A stretch of 64,000 bases of DNA from Candidatus Actinomarinales bacterium (GTDB taxonomy: Bacteria; Actinomycetota; Acidimicrobiia; Actinomarinales; Actinomarinaceae), in assembly GCA_004213405.1 (NCBI GenBank), contig SGYR01000002.1, forward strand, positions 2,133 through 66,132, in the 5' to 3' direction. Shown here in pieces: positions 49,954-58,199 of this stretch. The position numbers were made by a program, and so were the translations under genes. The notes below the pieces were generated by a model that searched no databases, was not told where the DNA came from, and was given only the letters and a program-made list of their open reading frames with translations. Numbering within the stretch: position 1 is the stretch's first letter; each line of letters opens with the position of its first letter.

Positions 49954-52076
49954 GTAGTACCATCTGCTTGAAAATAATTTGGAAATAATAATTTTGCTTC
50001 TTCAAATACTTTATTCGAAGAATTTAAACTATTGATATCATTATAAATTTCTTTGGATTGAATAAGTAAACCATAATCAAAACGTAAATCAGCAATTTTT
50101 AGATCAGACCTGCCTGATTGGCTTTTACCAGTTACCTTTCCTTCACCGCGGATTTCTAAATCTATCTCTGATAATTTAAATCCATCACTCATTGTTGATA
50201 TAGCCTCTAATCTTTTCACACCTTCTTCACTGATAGTGCTGAGAGATTTTTTATTCGTAATGTGAAAAATACACTCTGATTGTTTTTCACCTCTACCTAC
50301 TCTTCCTCTGAGCTGGTGCAATTGATTAAGACCAAATCTTTCTGCGCTTTCAATAATCATTAGAGAGGCATTTGGAATGTCTATACCCACCTCTATTACT
50401 ACAGTAGAGACAAGTATGTCTATGGAGCCATCCTGCATTGATCGCATTATATTTTCTTTTTCCTCATAAGACATCTTTCCATGCAAAAGAACAACCTTAT
50501 AATCCGTAAATTTTTTAGAATATTCCAAAAAAACTTTTTCTGCTGCCTGTATATCAGAAGACTCACTCTCTTCTATGTAGGGACAAACTACAAATATTTG
50601 CGAATCAGCATCTAAATGTTTAGAACACTTTTCAAAAACTTTTTCATTGTCTTTTTTTAAACCACTATATAAATGTGAAACAATTGGCTTTCTGCCTGGA
50701 GGTAATTCATTAATTGAAGATATCTCTAAGTCACCATATATAGATAAAGCAGTAGTTCTCGGTATTGGAGTTGCAGTCATAACAAGTTGGTCTGGAGTTA
50801 TTTCTGAATCTGAAATTAATTTTTTTCTTTGATCAACACCAAATCTCTGTTGCTCGTCAATAATTACGAGACCTAAATTACTAAAGAATACTTTGTCTTG
50901 AATTAAGGCATGAGTACCTATATATAAGCCAGGCTTACCATCAGATATATTATTCATTACTTCGCTTCTATCTTTGACAGAGGAAGTAAGAAAATTAATC
51001 TCTACATCTGAATTTTTTAAAAATGCATTTAATGAATTTAAATGTTGTTCAGCCAATACTTCCGTTGGAGCCATTAGTGCCACTTGGTAACCTGAATTTA
51101 TAACAGCATATATAGAAATTGCAGCTATAACTGTCTTTCCTGAGCCAACATCACCTTGAAGAAGTCTTTTCATGGGATAATCATTTTTCAAATCTTCTAA
51201 AATCTCTTTATAGGCTTTTGTTTGAGATTTTGTGAGTTTAAATGGTAAGTCTGCAACAAAAGTGTCTATTAATGAATTTTCAAAAAAATATTTTGGTCCT
51301 TTGTTTTTATTTTTAAACTCAGATTTTAAATTTTCAAATATAGAACGTAAATAAATAAATTCATCAAGAGCAAGTCTTTCTCTTGCTTTTTGGAATTCTT
51401 CAATGGTTTTAGGAAAATGAATTGATTTAAAACTTTCAGTTCTAGAAAAAATTGAATTTTTATCTACTACCTCACTAGTAAGCATATCTTCAATTCCAGG
51501 TTCAAACTCTTCTTTAGGTGTATCAATGATTGACAATGCGTCTTTTATTGCTTTTCTTATTACACCACTAGATACACCATCAACTTTTGGATATATAGGA
51601 ATTAAAGATCCCGTCTCGCTTAATTCATCTATATCAGCAAATTTTTCAATTGTGGGATTTTTAAATTCTATTGATCCAGTTTTTTTAATTTCAGGCTTTC
51701 CAGAAAGAGCAACATCTTCACCCTCTTTAAATCTGGATTCTATATATTGAGGTCCAAACCATTTTGCTTTTACCAGGCCGGTGCTGTCTTTTATTGTAAG
51801 CGTCGTTATTCTTAATCTTGATTTAGTTGTAAAGACTGAAACATTACTGATCGTACCAATCATTGTTACTTCTTTTTCAATATCTGATTGATCAATTTGA
51901 TTTATTGTTTTTATTTTTGATCTATCAATGTGCTTTTTTGGATAAAATCTAATTAAATCGGTAATAGAAGATAGACTACTCTTTTTAAGATTTGAATATC
52001 TTTTCTCACCAAATCCTTTTAAAGAATCTAACTTTATATTATTTAAGTAACTTAAACTTCTTTCAACCACAATCAA
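49950..52076 (-). CDS. recG: ATP-dependent DNA helicase RecG
   Basis: Wedge/OB N-terminus, LPFKLTKSQ, RLLQGDVGSGKT, DEQQRFGV, ATPIPRT and LHQLRGRVGRG. Confidence 0.94.
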   Translation of the reverse strand: MIVVERSLSYLNNIKLDSLKGFGEKRYSNLKKSSLSSITDLIRFYPKKHIDRSKIKTINQIDQSDIEKEVTMIGTISNVSVFTTKSRLRITTLTIKDSTGLVKAKWFGPQYIESRFKEGEDVALSGKPEIKKTGSIEFKNPTIEKFADIDELSETGSLIPIYPKVDGVSSGVIRKAIKDALSIIDTPKEEFEPGIEDMLTSEVVDKNSIFSRTESFKSIHFPKTIEEFQKARERLALDEFIYLRSIFENLKSEFKNKNKGPKYFFENSLIDTFVADLPFKLTKSQTKAYKEILEDLKNDYPMKRLLQGDVGSGKTVIAAISIYAVINSGYQVALMAPTEVLAEQHLNSLNAFLKNSDVEINFLTSSVKDRSEVMNNISDGKPGLYIGTHALIQDKVFFSNLGLVIIDEQQRFGVDQRKKLISDSEITPDQLVMTATPIPRTTALSIYGDLEISSINELPPGRKPIVSHLYSGLKKDNEKVFEKCSKHLDADSQIFVVCPYIEESESSDIQAAEKVFLEYSKKFTDYKVVLLHGKMSYEEKENIMRSMQDGSIDILVSTVVIEVGIDIPNASLMIIESAERFGLNQLHQLRGRVGRGEKQSECIFHITNKKSLSTISEEGVKRLEAISTMSDGFKLSEIDLEIRGEGKVTGKSQSGRSDLKIADLRFDYGLLIQSKEIYNDINSLNSSNKVFEEAKLLFPNYFQADGTT

Positions 52077-52158
52077 ACATTACCTAAAAAGTTTTAAAAT
52101 GAAAGTACCTACAAATTAATAAATTAGTTATAGTTATATTTGTAATTAAAGGAAATAC

Positions 52159-52347
52159 ATGGCGAAAAAATGTGAAATTTGTGGCAAGGGACCTTGGTTT
52201 GGAAAGCAAGTAAGTTTCTCTCATAAAAGGTCTAGTAAAAAGTGGTCTGCGAATATACAAACAGTTAGAGTTGCTGATAATACAAATACAAAAAAGGTAA
52301 AAGTATGTACTTCTTGCTTAAAATCAGGGAAAGTAGTTAAAGTTTAA
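52159..52347 (+). CDS. rpmB: 50S ribosomal protein L28
   Basis: MAKKCEICGKGPWFGKQVSFSHKRSSKKWSANIQ is the L28 pattern. 62 aa. Confidence 0.93.
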   Translation: MAKKCEICGKGPWFGKQVSFSHKRSSKKWSANIQTVRVADNTNTKKVKVCTSCLKSGKVVKV

Positions 52348-52562
52348 TGTCACAGGGTGTCGTAAAGTCTTACGATCCTAATACAGGTAATGGAATAATA
52401 ATTCTTGATACTGATAAATCTGAAGTTTTTCTTGCACCAGGTTCTTTAAAAGGCTCTATTTTTAGAACTTTAAGACAAGGACAAAGAGTAAATTTTGAAA
52501 TAGAAGACAGGGAAGGCATCCCAACTGTTCAAAATATACGAATTGGACAAGACAAGTACTAA
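52347..52562 (+). CDS. cold-shock-domain-like small OB-fold protein with degenerate RNP motifs
   Basis: QGVVKSYDPNTGNGIIILDTDKSEVFLAPGSL....FRTLRQGQRVNFEI aligns with CspA-type QGTVKWFN.EKGFGFI....DVFVHYS.I...FR.L.EGQ.V.FE. The aromatic RNP1/RNP2 residues are replaced. Confidence 0.55.
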   Translation: MSQGVVKSYDPNTGNGIIILDTDKSEVFLAPGSLKGSIFRTLRQGQRVNFEIEDREGIPTVQNIRIGQDKY

Positions 52563-52571
52563 ATAGACTTA

Positions 52572-53771
52572 ATGTCCTTAATAAATCTTGAATTAGAAAA
52601 TGAACAAATAATCAATGATTATTTTAAAGATCTTTGTTGTGACAATTACACAATTCCTTTTTTATTAGGTGGGCAGTCAAATGCAGATAATGCATTAAAT
52701 CAACTAAACATTAATAAATACGCTACAAAAAGAAACAACGTATACCCAAAAGATTCAAGAGGTTCATCTTATTTATCCCCCTATATACGACATGGTTTAC
52801 TTAGTCTCTCTGATGTATGGAAAGCTGTTGAGAAATTTGAATACAAAGATAAAACTAAATTCCAAGATGAATTGCTTTGGCAAGAGTTTTCAAGACATTT
52901 ATATGCAATAGTTGGTAAAAAATCAAGAAATTATCTAAATTACAAAATAGAAAATCCTGATTCGAATGCAGATATTTATAAAAATATGAATTGTGTATCG
53001 ACTATTGAAGAAGAGCTTGAAAAAACGGGTTATATGGTTAACCAAACAAGAATGTGGTATGCATCTCATAATTCTTTAAGGGTAGGTAACGACTGGAATC
53101 AATATGAAGACTACATGTTTCAACATTTATTAGATGGGTCTCGATTTGCAAACAGATTAGGATGGCATTGGGTCATGGGATCACAAACAGGAAAGCCATA
53201 TGGATTTTCCAAATTCCAAGTTGAAAAAAGGGCACCACAGTTATGTAATAATTGTGAATTAAAATATGACTGCCCTATTCAAGAATGGCCACAAACAAAT
53301 ATTTCTGAAAAATTAAGTAATGATTTTAAAGTAGATGAAGAAAAAGTTTTTGGTCCAAAAAACATAAGAGAAAATAACAGAAATAAACCATCCTTTGTGT
53401 GGATTACAGGTGAATCTATTGGAGACAATGATCCAGCAATGAGTCATTATCACGAAATACCAGTAATTTTTATATTTGATATAAAGTTGCTAAGCAAATT
53501 GCAATTATCAACAAAGAGAATTAATTTTTTACTTGATTGCCTTAAAGAAATAAATAACAAAAGGGAGCTGCAGGTACATTTAACCAATCCAGATGATTAT
53601 TTACGAAATAAATATTTTGCATCAACATTTGCACCAGTGCCAAAATACAAAAAAATTACAGAAAGAAATATACCATCTATAGAATTCCCGGCATTACGAC
53701 TTGCAGATCCCATTAATTTCTACCCTACAAGTTTCAGTTCATGGAGAAAAAAGATAAAGTTAAATATATGA
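52572..53771 (+). CDS. cryptochrome/photolyase-family flavoprotein with apparent permuted domain order (FAD domain N-terminal, alpha/beta-like domain C-terminal) and a 4-Cys set
   Basis: Residues ~30-235 carry FAD-domain boxes: GGQSNA...L, SSYLSPYIRHGLLS, ELLWQEFSRHLY, TGYMVNQTRMWYAS, LLDGSRFANRLGWHWVMGS and TGKPYGF. Cys141 plus C225-x2-C228-x5-C234 form a 4-Cys set. Residues ~273-330 (PSFVWITGESIGDNDPAM...IPVIFIFD...TKRINFLLDCLKEIN) resemble the photolyase N-terminal alpha/beta domain start (lvWfr.DLRl.DNpAL...v..vfi.dp...r..Fl...L..L). Confidence 0.68.
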   Translation: MSLINLELENEQIINDYFKDLCCDNYTIPFLLGGQSNADNALNQLNINKYATKRNNVYPKDSRGSSYLSPYIRHGLLSLSDVWKAVEKFEYKDKTKFQDELLWQEFSRHLYAIVGKKSRNYLNYKIENPDSNADIYKNMNCVSTIEEELEKTGYMVNQTRMWYASHNSLRVGNDWNQYEDYMFQHLLDGSRFANRLGWHWVMGSQTGKPYGFSKFQVEKRAPQLCNNCELKYDCPIQEWPQTNISEKLSNDFKVDEEKVFGPKNIRENNRNKPSFVWITGESIGDNDPAMSHYHEIPVIFIFDIKLLSKLQLSTKRINFLLDCLKEINNKRELQVHLTNPDDYLRNKYFASTFAPVPKYKKITERNIPSIEFPALRLADPINFYPTSFSSWRKKIKLNI

Positions 53772-54190
53772 GAAGATATATAATTTTTACATTCTTGTTT
53801 TTTCACAATTATATTTATATCTATTCAAATGGCAGAATAGGAAAATTTCTACAAGGAAGGCCGTGTTTAATTCTTTTCTCAACTGGTGCCAAGACTAATT
53901 TGTTAAGAAAAAATGTTCTTGTGTTCATGAAAGAAGGTGATGAGATTTGTCTTGTAGCATCTAAAGGTGGAAGCCCTACTAATCCAGGCTGGTATCATAA
54001 TTTAAAAGCTAATCCTAAATGTGAAATTCAAATTGGAAGAAAGAAATACACTGCAGTTGCAAAAGAAGTATTTGATGAAGAGCGTGAAGACTGGTGGTCA
54101 AAAATGGATTACATGAATAATGGTGGATATTCTAATTACCAACAAAGAACAAAACGTAAAATACCTGTATTAATTTTAAATTTGTCTTAG
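53768..54190 (+). CDS. deazaflavin (F420H2)-dependent nitroreductase/quinone reductase family protein (DDN/FDOR-A type)
   Basis: LILFSTGAKTNLLRKNVLVFMKEGDEICLVASKGGSPTNPGWYHNLKANPKCEIQIG.......A.EV..EERE.WW is the PF04075-type pattern (G.kSG..R...L.....dg..vvASkGG....P.WyhNL.AnP.v.vq.g). ATG 53768 overlaps the upstream TGA (ATGA). The N-terminus is hydrophobic. Confidence 0.75.
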   Translation: MRRYIIFTFLFFHNYIYIYSNGRIGKFLQGRPCLILFSTGAKTNLLRKNVLVFMKEGDEICLVASKGGSPTNPGWYHNLKANPKCEIQIGRKKYTAVAKEVFDEEREDWWSKMDYMNNGGYSNYQQRTKRKIPVLILNLS

Positions 54191-54243
54191 TCACTTTTTG
54201 CGCCTAAGTCAGTTTTGTAATTTATATTGAATTTCATCAATGT

Positions 54244-54879
54244 TTAAAGGCTATTAAAAACTGTTTCTATGATATCTATAGATAAATTATCAACGATTAA
54301 GTCAGCTTTATTTAATTCGTCTTTTGAAAATATACCTCTATCAATTGCAACTACAAAAGAACCCGATGCCTTTCCAGAAGAAATGCCAGGAGGACTGTCT
54401 TCAATAATTATATTTTTAGTAGTTTGAAGTATACTGATCGCTTTATTATATATATCTGGATATGGTTTATTTCTTTCAACTTGATCACCACCAATAACAT
54501 ATGAGAAATAATTAAAAATGTTTGCTTTTATTAATTTATTTTTTAATAACTCATAAGGGCTTGCTGAGACACATGCCGACGTCCATCCCCTGTTGTTTGT
54601 CTCCTCGAGTAATATTTTTGCATCTTGATACATTAGTTTTTCGTTCAACGTCACTTCTATAATTTTTCCAAGAGATGCCATAGTTTTCTCAAAATTTTCT
54701 AAATCTACATTTTTTGCATAAAAGCTGTGAACTAATCTATCGTCAATACCCACCCATTGTCTAGTTTCCTCTTTAGATATCTCAAGTCCAAAATTACTTA
54801 GATGTTCTTTCCATGCTAAACCATATGATGTTTCGGTATCCATTAAAGTGCCATCGCAGTCCCAATAAATACCGTTCAT
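54244..54879 (-). CDS. HAD-superfamily hydrolase (beta-phosphoglucomutase-like subfamily IA)
   Basis: Motif I YWDCDGTLMDTE (DxDxT), motif II SAS, a motif III Lys region and motif IV EDSPPGISSG. Confidence 0.8.
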   Translation of the reverse strand: MNGIYWDCDGTLMDTETSYGLAWKEHLSNFGLEISKEETRQWVGIDDRLVHSFYAKNVDLENFEKTMASLGKIIEVTLNEKLMYQDAKILLEETNNRGWTSACVSASPYELLKNKLIKANIFNYFSYVIGGDQVERNKPYPDIYNKAISILQTTKNIIIEDSPPGISSGKASGSFVVAIDRGIFSKDELNKADLIVDNLSIDIIETVFNSL

Positions 54880-54885
54880 AAATTT

Positions 54886-55968
54886 TTAACCTAGTTTGCT
54901 TTGTATGTCTTTAGCGCTTTTTAAAGCTATTCCGTCTGATCCCTCTGTACTCCAATGGGTAACACAATTTTTAGCCTCTTCTATCATGTCATTTAAAAGT
55001 TCGAACTTACTTTTACCAATATTTTGCCAAAGATATAATGCATGGCTTCCAGGAATTGTATTAATTTCATTTAAATATAAATTTTCATTGTGAAGTAAAA
55101 AATCTACTCTTGATATTCCTCTTATTTCAATTTGTTCAACGAATAATGTAAGTATTTTTTTAATTTGAGCTTCAATTTCTGTACTAATAGTTGCAGGTAA
55201 TTCTCTTTTTGATCCTTCTAATCCTCCATTATCAAGATATTTATCATTGTATGAAAACAATTCAAAACTACTTGTCCTAATTGGTTTTTCAATTTCTGAG
55301 AAATCTAAGTTTGGGTATGTCCTGATTCCAATAAGAAGATCGTTAGACTTTTCAAGGAATTTTTCTACTGTTGCTCCTTGACTGTAAATTTTTGAATTTC
55401 TAGAGAGTTTTAAAGCTGTTTCGTAGTCTTCAACAACCTCTACTCCGATAGAGGATCCTCCAAATCTAGGTTTTAAAATATAAGGTCCAGAAAAATTAGG
55501 TTTAGTATTTTTGCTAACTAAGTGTTTATCTAAAACAGGTATTCCAATTTCTTTCATTAAGGTAAAGAAAACGTACTTATCCATACCTATCTGTGAAGTA
55601 GTCAATGAGGGACCTGTATAATTAATATTTAGTAAACTTAACAAACTTTGAAGTGTTCCATCTTCCCCTGGCCCTCCATGACAAGCATTAACTGCTACTT
55701 CAAATGAAATTTTTTTCTTTTTTAAATAAAATCCTGGCTCAGAATCATATTTTATTGTTAATTCTTTCTTGAAAATATCGTCATTATCAACAAAATCTAT
55801 TGATTCTAAGGCATTATTAACCAAATACCATTTATTGTCTTTTGACCAATAAATATTTTTAACATCATACTTATTAGATAAAATCCTGGAGGACTGTAGT
55901 CCGGTCAATATAGATATATCATGCTCGTCAGATGGGCCACCAAATATTACGGCAATTGATTCTGTCAT
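54886..55968 (-). CDS. ddl: D-alanine--D-alanine ligase
   Basis: IAVIFGGPSDEHDISILTG, HGGPGEDGTLQSLL, ATP-grasp core (ILKPRFGGSSIGV) and RVDFLL....LYLNEINTIPG. Confidence 0.93.
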   Translation of the reverse strand: MTESIAVIFGGPSDEHDISILTGLQSSRILSNKYDVKNIYWSKDNKWYLVNNALESIDFVDNDDIFKKELTIKYDSEPGFYLKKKKISFEVAVNACHGGPGEDGTLQSLLSLLNINYTGPSLTTSQIGMDKYVFFTLMKEIGIPVLDKHLVSKNTKPNFSGPYILKPRFGGSSIGVEVVEDYETALKLSRNSKIYSQGATVEKFLEKSNDLLIGIRTYPNLDFSEIEKPIRTSSFELFSYNDKYLDNGGLEGSKRELPATISTEIEAQIKKILTLFVEQIEIRGISRVDFLLHNENLYLNEINTIPGSHALYLWQNIGKSKFELLNDMIEEAKNCVTHWSTEGSDGIALKSAKDIQSKLG

Positions 55969-55971
55969 ATT

Positions 55972-57495
55972 TTAAGGATGATGATCTGGTAAATCGTTTT
56001 CAAATAATACAATATCATTTTCATTCACAACAGAGTTTAGATAAGAAACAGCTAAATCTCTATTTTTAAAATATTTTACTGGAATATTATTTTCTTCAAA
56101 TGCAAGCATTAACGGTCCCTTGTTGGTGTAACCAACGATAAGGGCTTCATCAATAACTTCACTTGCATAATGAGCAAATTCATAATTATAACTAAATTGT
56201 TCAGAACCTAGCTCGACCATTCCAGGAGTTATAAGATACTTTTTACCAGAAGAATTAAAATCTTCTAATGTTTCAAGCGAAGAAATAAATGAAATAGGAT
56301 TCGAATTAAATGAATTATCTATAATTGTTTGACCCATACTTCCCTGAAGAATAGTTTGACGATGATCAGTTTTTTCTAACTCACCAAGACTTTCGAGATA
56401 AGATTTAACATTAAGTTCTAGTGCAACCATAACCCCAACTGATAAGGATATAGATAATTGTAGAATTTTGGGGCCTTCAATATTACCTATAAATTCTCCT
56501 CCAATGTAAACACTATGTAATTTATTTTTGTAGTCTACAAAAACTGCAGCTCTTTCAGAAGTCGTAGAGCAATCTATAACCATCTTCTGGGCAGTCCAAA
56601 GTCTTGCTTGATTCAACAAAAGTGGATCATCACCATTGATAACTACAGAACCAGTTAAGTCGACTATTTCAGACTTTGCATCAAGTATATTTTCCAAAGT
56701 TTTCATTCTTTCAAGGTGAACTGGTGCTATTCCTGTTATTACTGATATGTGAGGTCTGACCCATGAACACATTTCTCTGATCTCTCCAAAACCATAAGTA
56801 CCCATTTCAATAATTGAAATTTCGTCATCATTTTTTAGATTTTCATTGATTGCTTTTGCTATACCTAAACGATTATTAAAACTTTCTGGTGTTACAAAAG
56901 TTTTATTTTTTTGAGAAAGAATCTGAGACAATATATTTTTAGTAGTAGTTTTTGAGTATGAACCAGTAATTGCAATTATTGGGCCATCAAACTTTTTTAA
57001 TTCATTTTCTGCATCAATAATAAATTTTTCGGATTTATTTTTTTCATAACCCTTTGTAAACCTTAGAGCTTGGTCATAGACATAAAAAGAAAATAAATTA
57101 GCAACTAATGCAATAAAGTAACCTAAATCCATTGTTAAAGATACAATAGAAATCAAAACTATAAGAATGCAATAAATTATATTTAGCCTTTTAAGCCTTT
57201 CGGTTAGGTTCACTTTGGTTGTTCTGTATTTAAAATCTAATCCAAGTGGTGTTACTAAAGTTAAGACTGATAGTAATAATGCTGGATATGGTGACCATAA
57301 ACTTAATAAAGCCAGGATGATAGCTAGAAAAAAATAAAGATTATTAAATGGGACTAACCTAACCCATCTGAAATAAAATTTAGTGACATATCCCGAGATA
57401 TAATGTTCTCTTTGAGCAATTCTGCCCCACCTTATTGAATTCAAGCATGAACTCAAAGTAAGCAAAATTAAAACAAATATATAAAGTAAATTCAT
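55972..57495 (-). CDS. MurF-type Mur ligase with the N-terminal UDP-binding domain replaced by a ~145-aa multi-TM domain
   Basis: Residues 1 to about 145 form four or five hydrophobic segments. These are followed by PIIAITGSYSKTTTKNIL (P-loop, with Ser where Gly precedes Lys), IIEMGTYGFGEI, ITGIAPVHLE, NGDDP, DNSFNSNP (MurF hallmark DDSYNANP) and PGMVELGSEQ (MurF GDM.ELG). Confidence 0.75.
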   Translation of the reverse strand: MNLLYIFVLILLTLSSCLNSIRWGRIAQREHYISGYVTKFYFRWVRLVPFNNLYFFLAIILALLSLWSPYPALLLSVLTLVTPLGLDFKYRTTKVNLTERLKRLNIIYCILIVLISIVSLTMDLGYFIALVANLFSFYVYDQALRFTKGYEKNKSEKFIIDAENELKKFDGPIIAITGSYSKTTTKNILSQILSQKNKTFVTPESFNNRLGIAKAINENLKNDDEISIIEMGTYGFGEIREMCSWVRPHISVITGIAPVHLERMKTLENILDAKSEIVDLTGSVVINGDDPLLLNQARLWTAQKMVIDCSTTSERAAVFVDYKNKLHSVYIGGEFIGNIEGPKILQLSISLSVGVMVALELNVKSYLESLGELEKTDHRQTILQGSMGQTIIDNSFNSNPISFISSLETLEDFNSSGKKYLITPGMVELGSEQFSYNYEFAHYASEVIDEALIVGYTNKGPLMLAFEENNIPVKYFKNRDLAVSYLNSVVNENDIVLFENDLPDHHP

Positions 57496-58199
57496 CTTTT
57501 TATAATTTCCACTATTTTTTCTGCACTGCTTCTAAGCATATTGTGACCTTCGTCAGGAATTATCGTTAATTCAGAATCACGAATTATACTGCTTGAGTCG
57601 ATACCAACTTTTACAGGTACCACCAAATCATCTTCTCCATAAATAAGTTCAACTTTTGTAGAAATTTTTGGAAGAATTTCAGTCAAATCATCATTCACTG
57701 CCATAACTAATGTATCTTTTAAAACTTTATTAGCATTTCTGTAATCTTCAGAACCATATTTATTTTTTAATTCATCAAGCCTGCGGTCACTAATAATATT
57801 TAATTTATTCATAAATTTATATAATTTAAAAAAAGAAAAACCACTGTTCGGTTTTAATTTTCTAATAAGCGGTGATGCAATAATCACTATTTTTCTGTAA
57901 TTTTGCATTTGTGAAAGGTGTACTGCTATTCTTCCTCCGAAAGAATGGCCAACAATAACATCGACTGATTCTGGGATTAATTTAATAAGGTACTCTGCAT
58001 AGCTTCTTGGTGAAAAACTTTTTGTAAATGGTACAGACTTGCCAAATCCAGGTATATCAATAGTTATAAAATCAAAGTGCGTTTCAATCTTGTTAAAATC
58101 TTTACCGCTTGTACCCCATCCATGTAAGAAACACACTTTAGGATTCTCTGAATTTACATTGGCAAATGTTAAGTCATCATTCAATATTTTATACGCCAT
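57492..58199 (-). CDS. alpha/beta-fold hydrolase
   Basis: FLHGWG, nucleophile elbow VGHSFGG and C-terminal DEGHNML (catalytic His). Overlaps the Mur ligase gene by 4 nt. Confidence 0.75.
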   Translation of the reverse strand: MAYKILNDDLTFANVNSENPKVCFLHGWGTSGKDFNKIETHFDFITIDIPGFGKSVPFTKSFSPRSYAEYLIKLIPESVDVIVGHSFGGRIAVHLSQMQNYRKIVIIASPLIRKLKPNSGFSFFKLYKFMNKLNIISDRRLDELKNKYGSEDYRNANKVLKDTLVMAVNDDLTEILPKISTKVELIYGEDDLVVPVKVGIDSSSIIRDSELTIIPDEGHNMLRSSAEKIVEIIKR

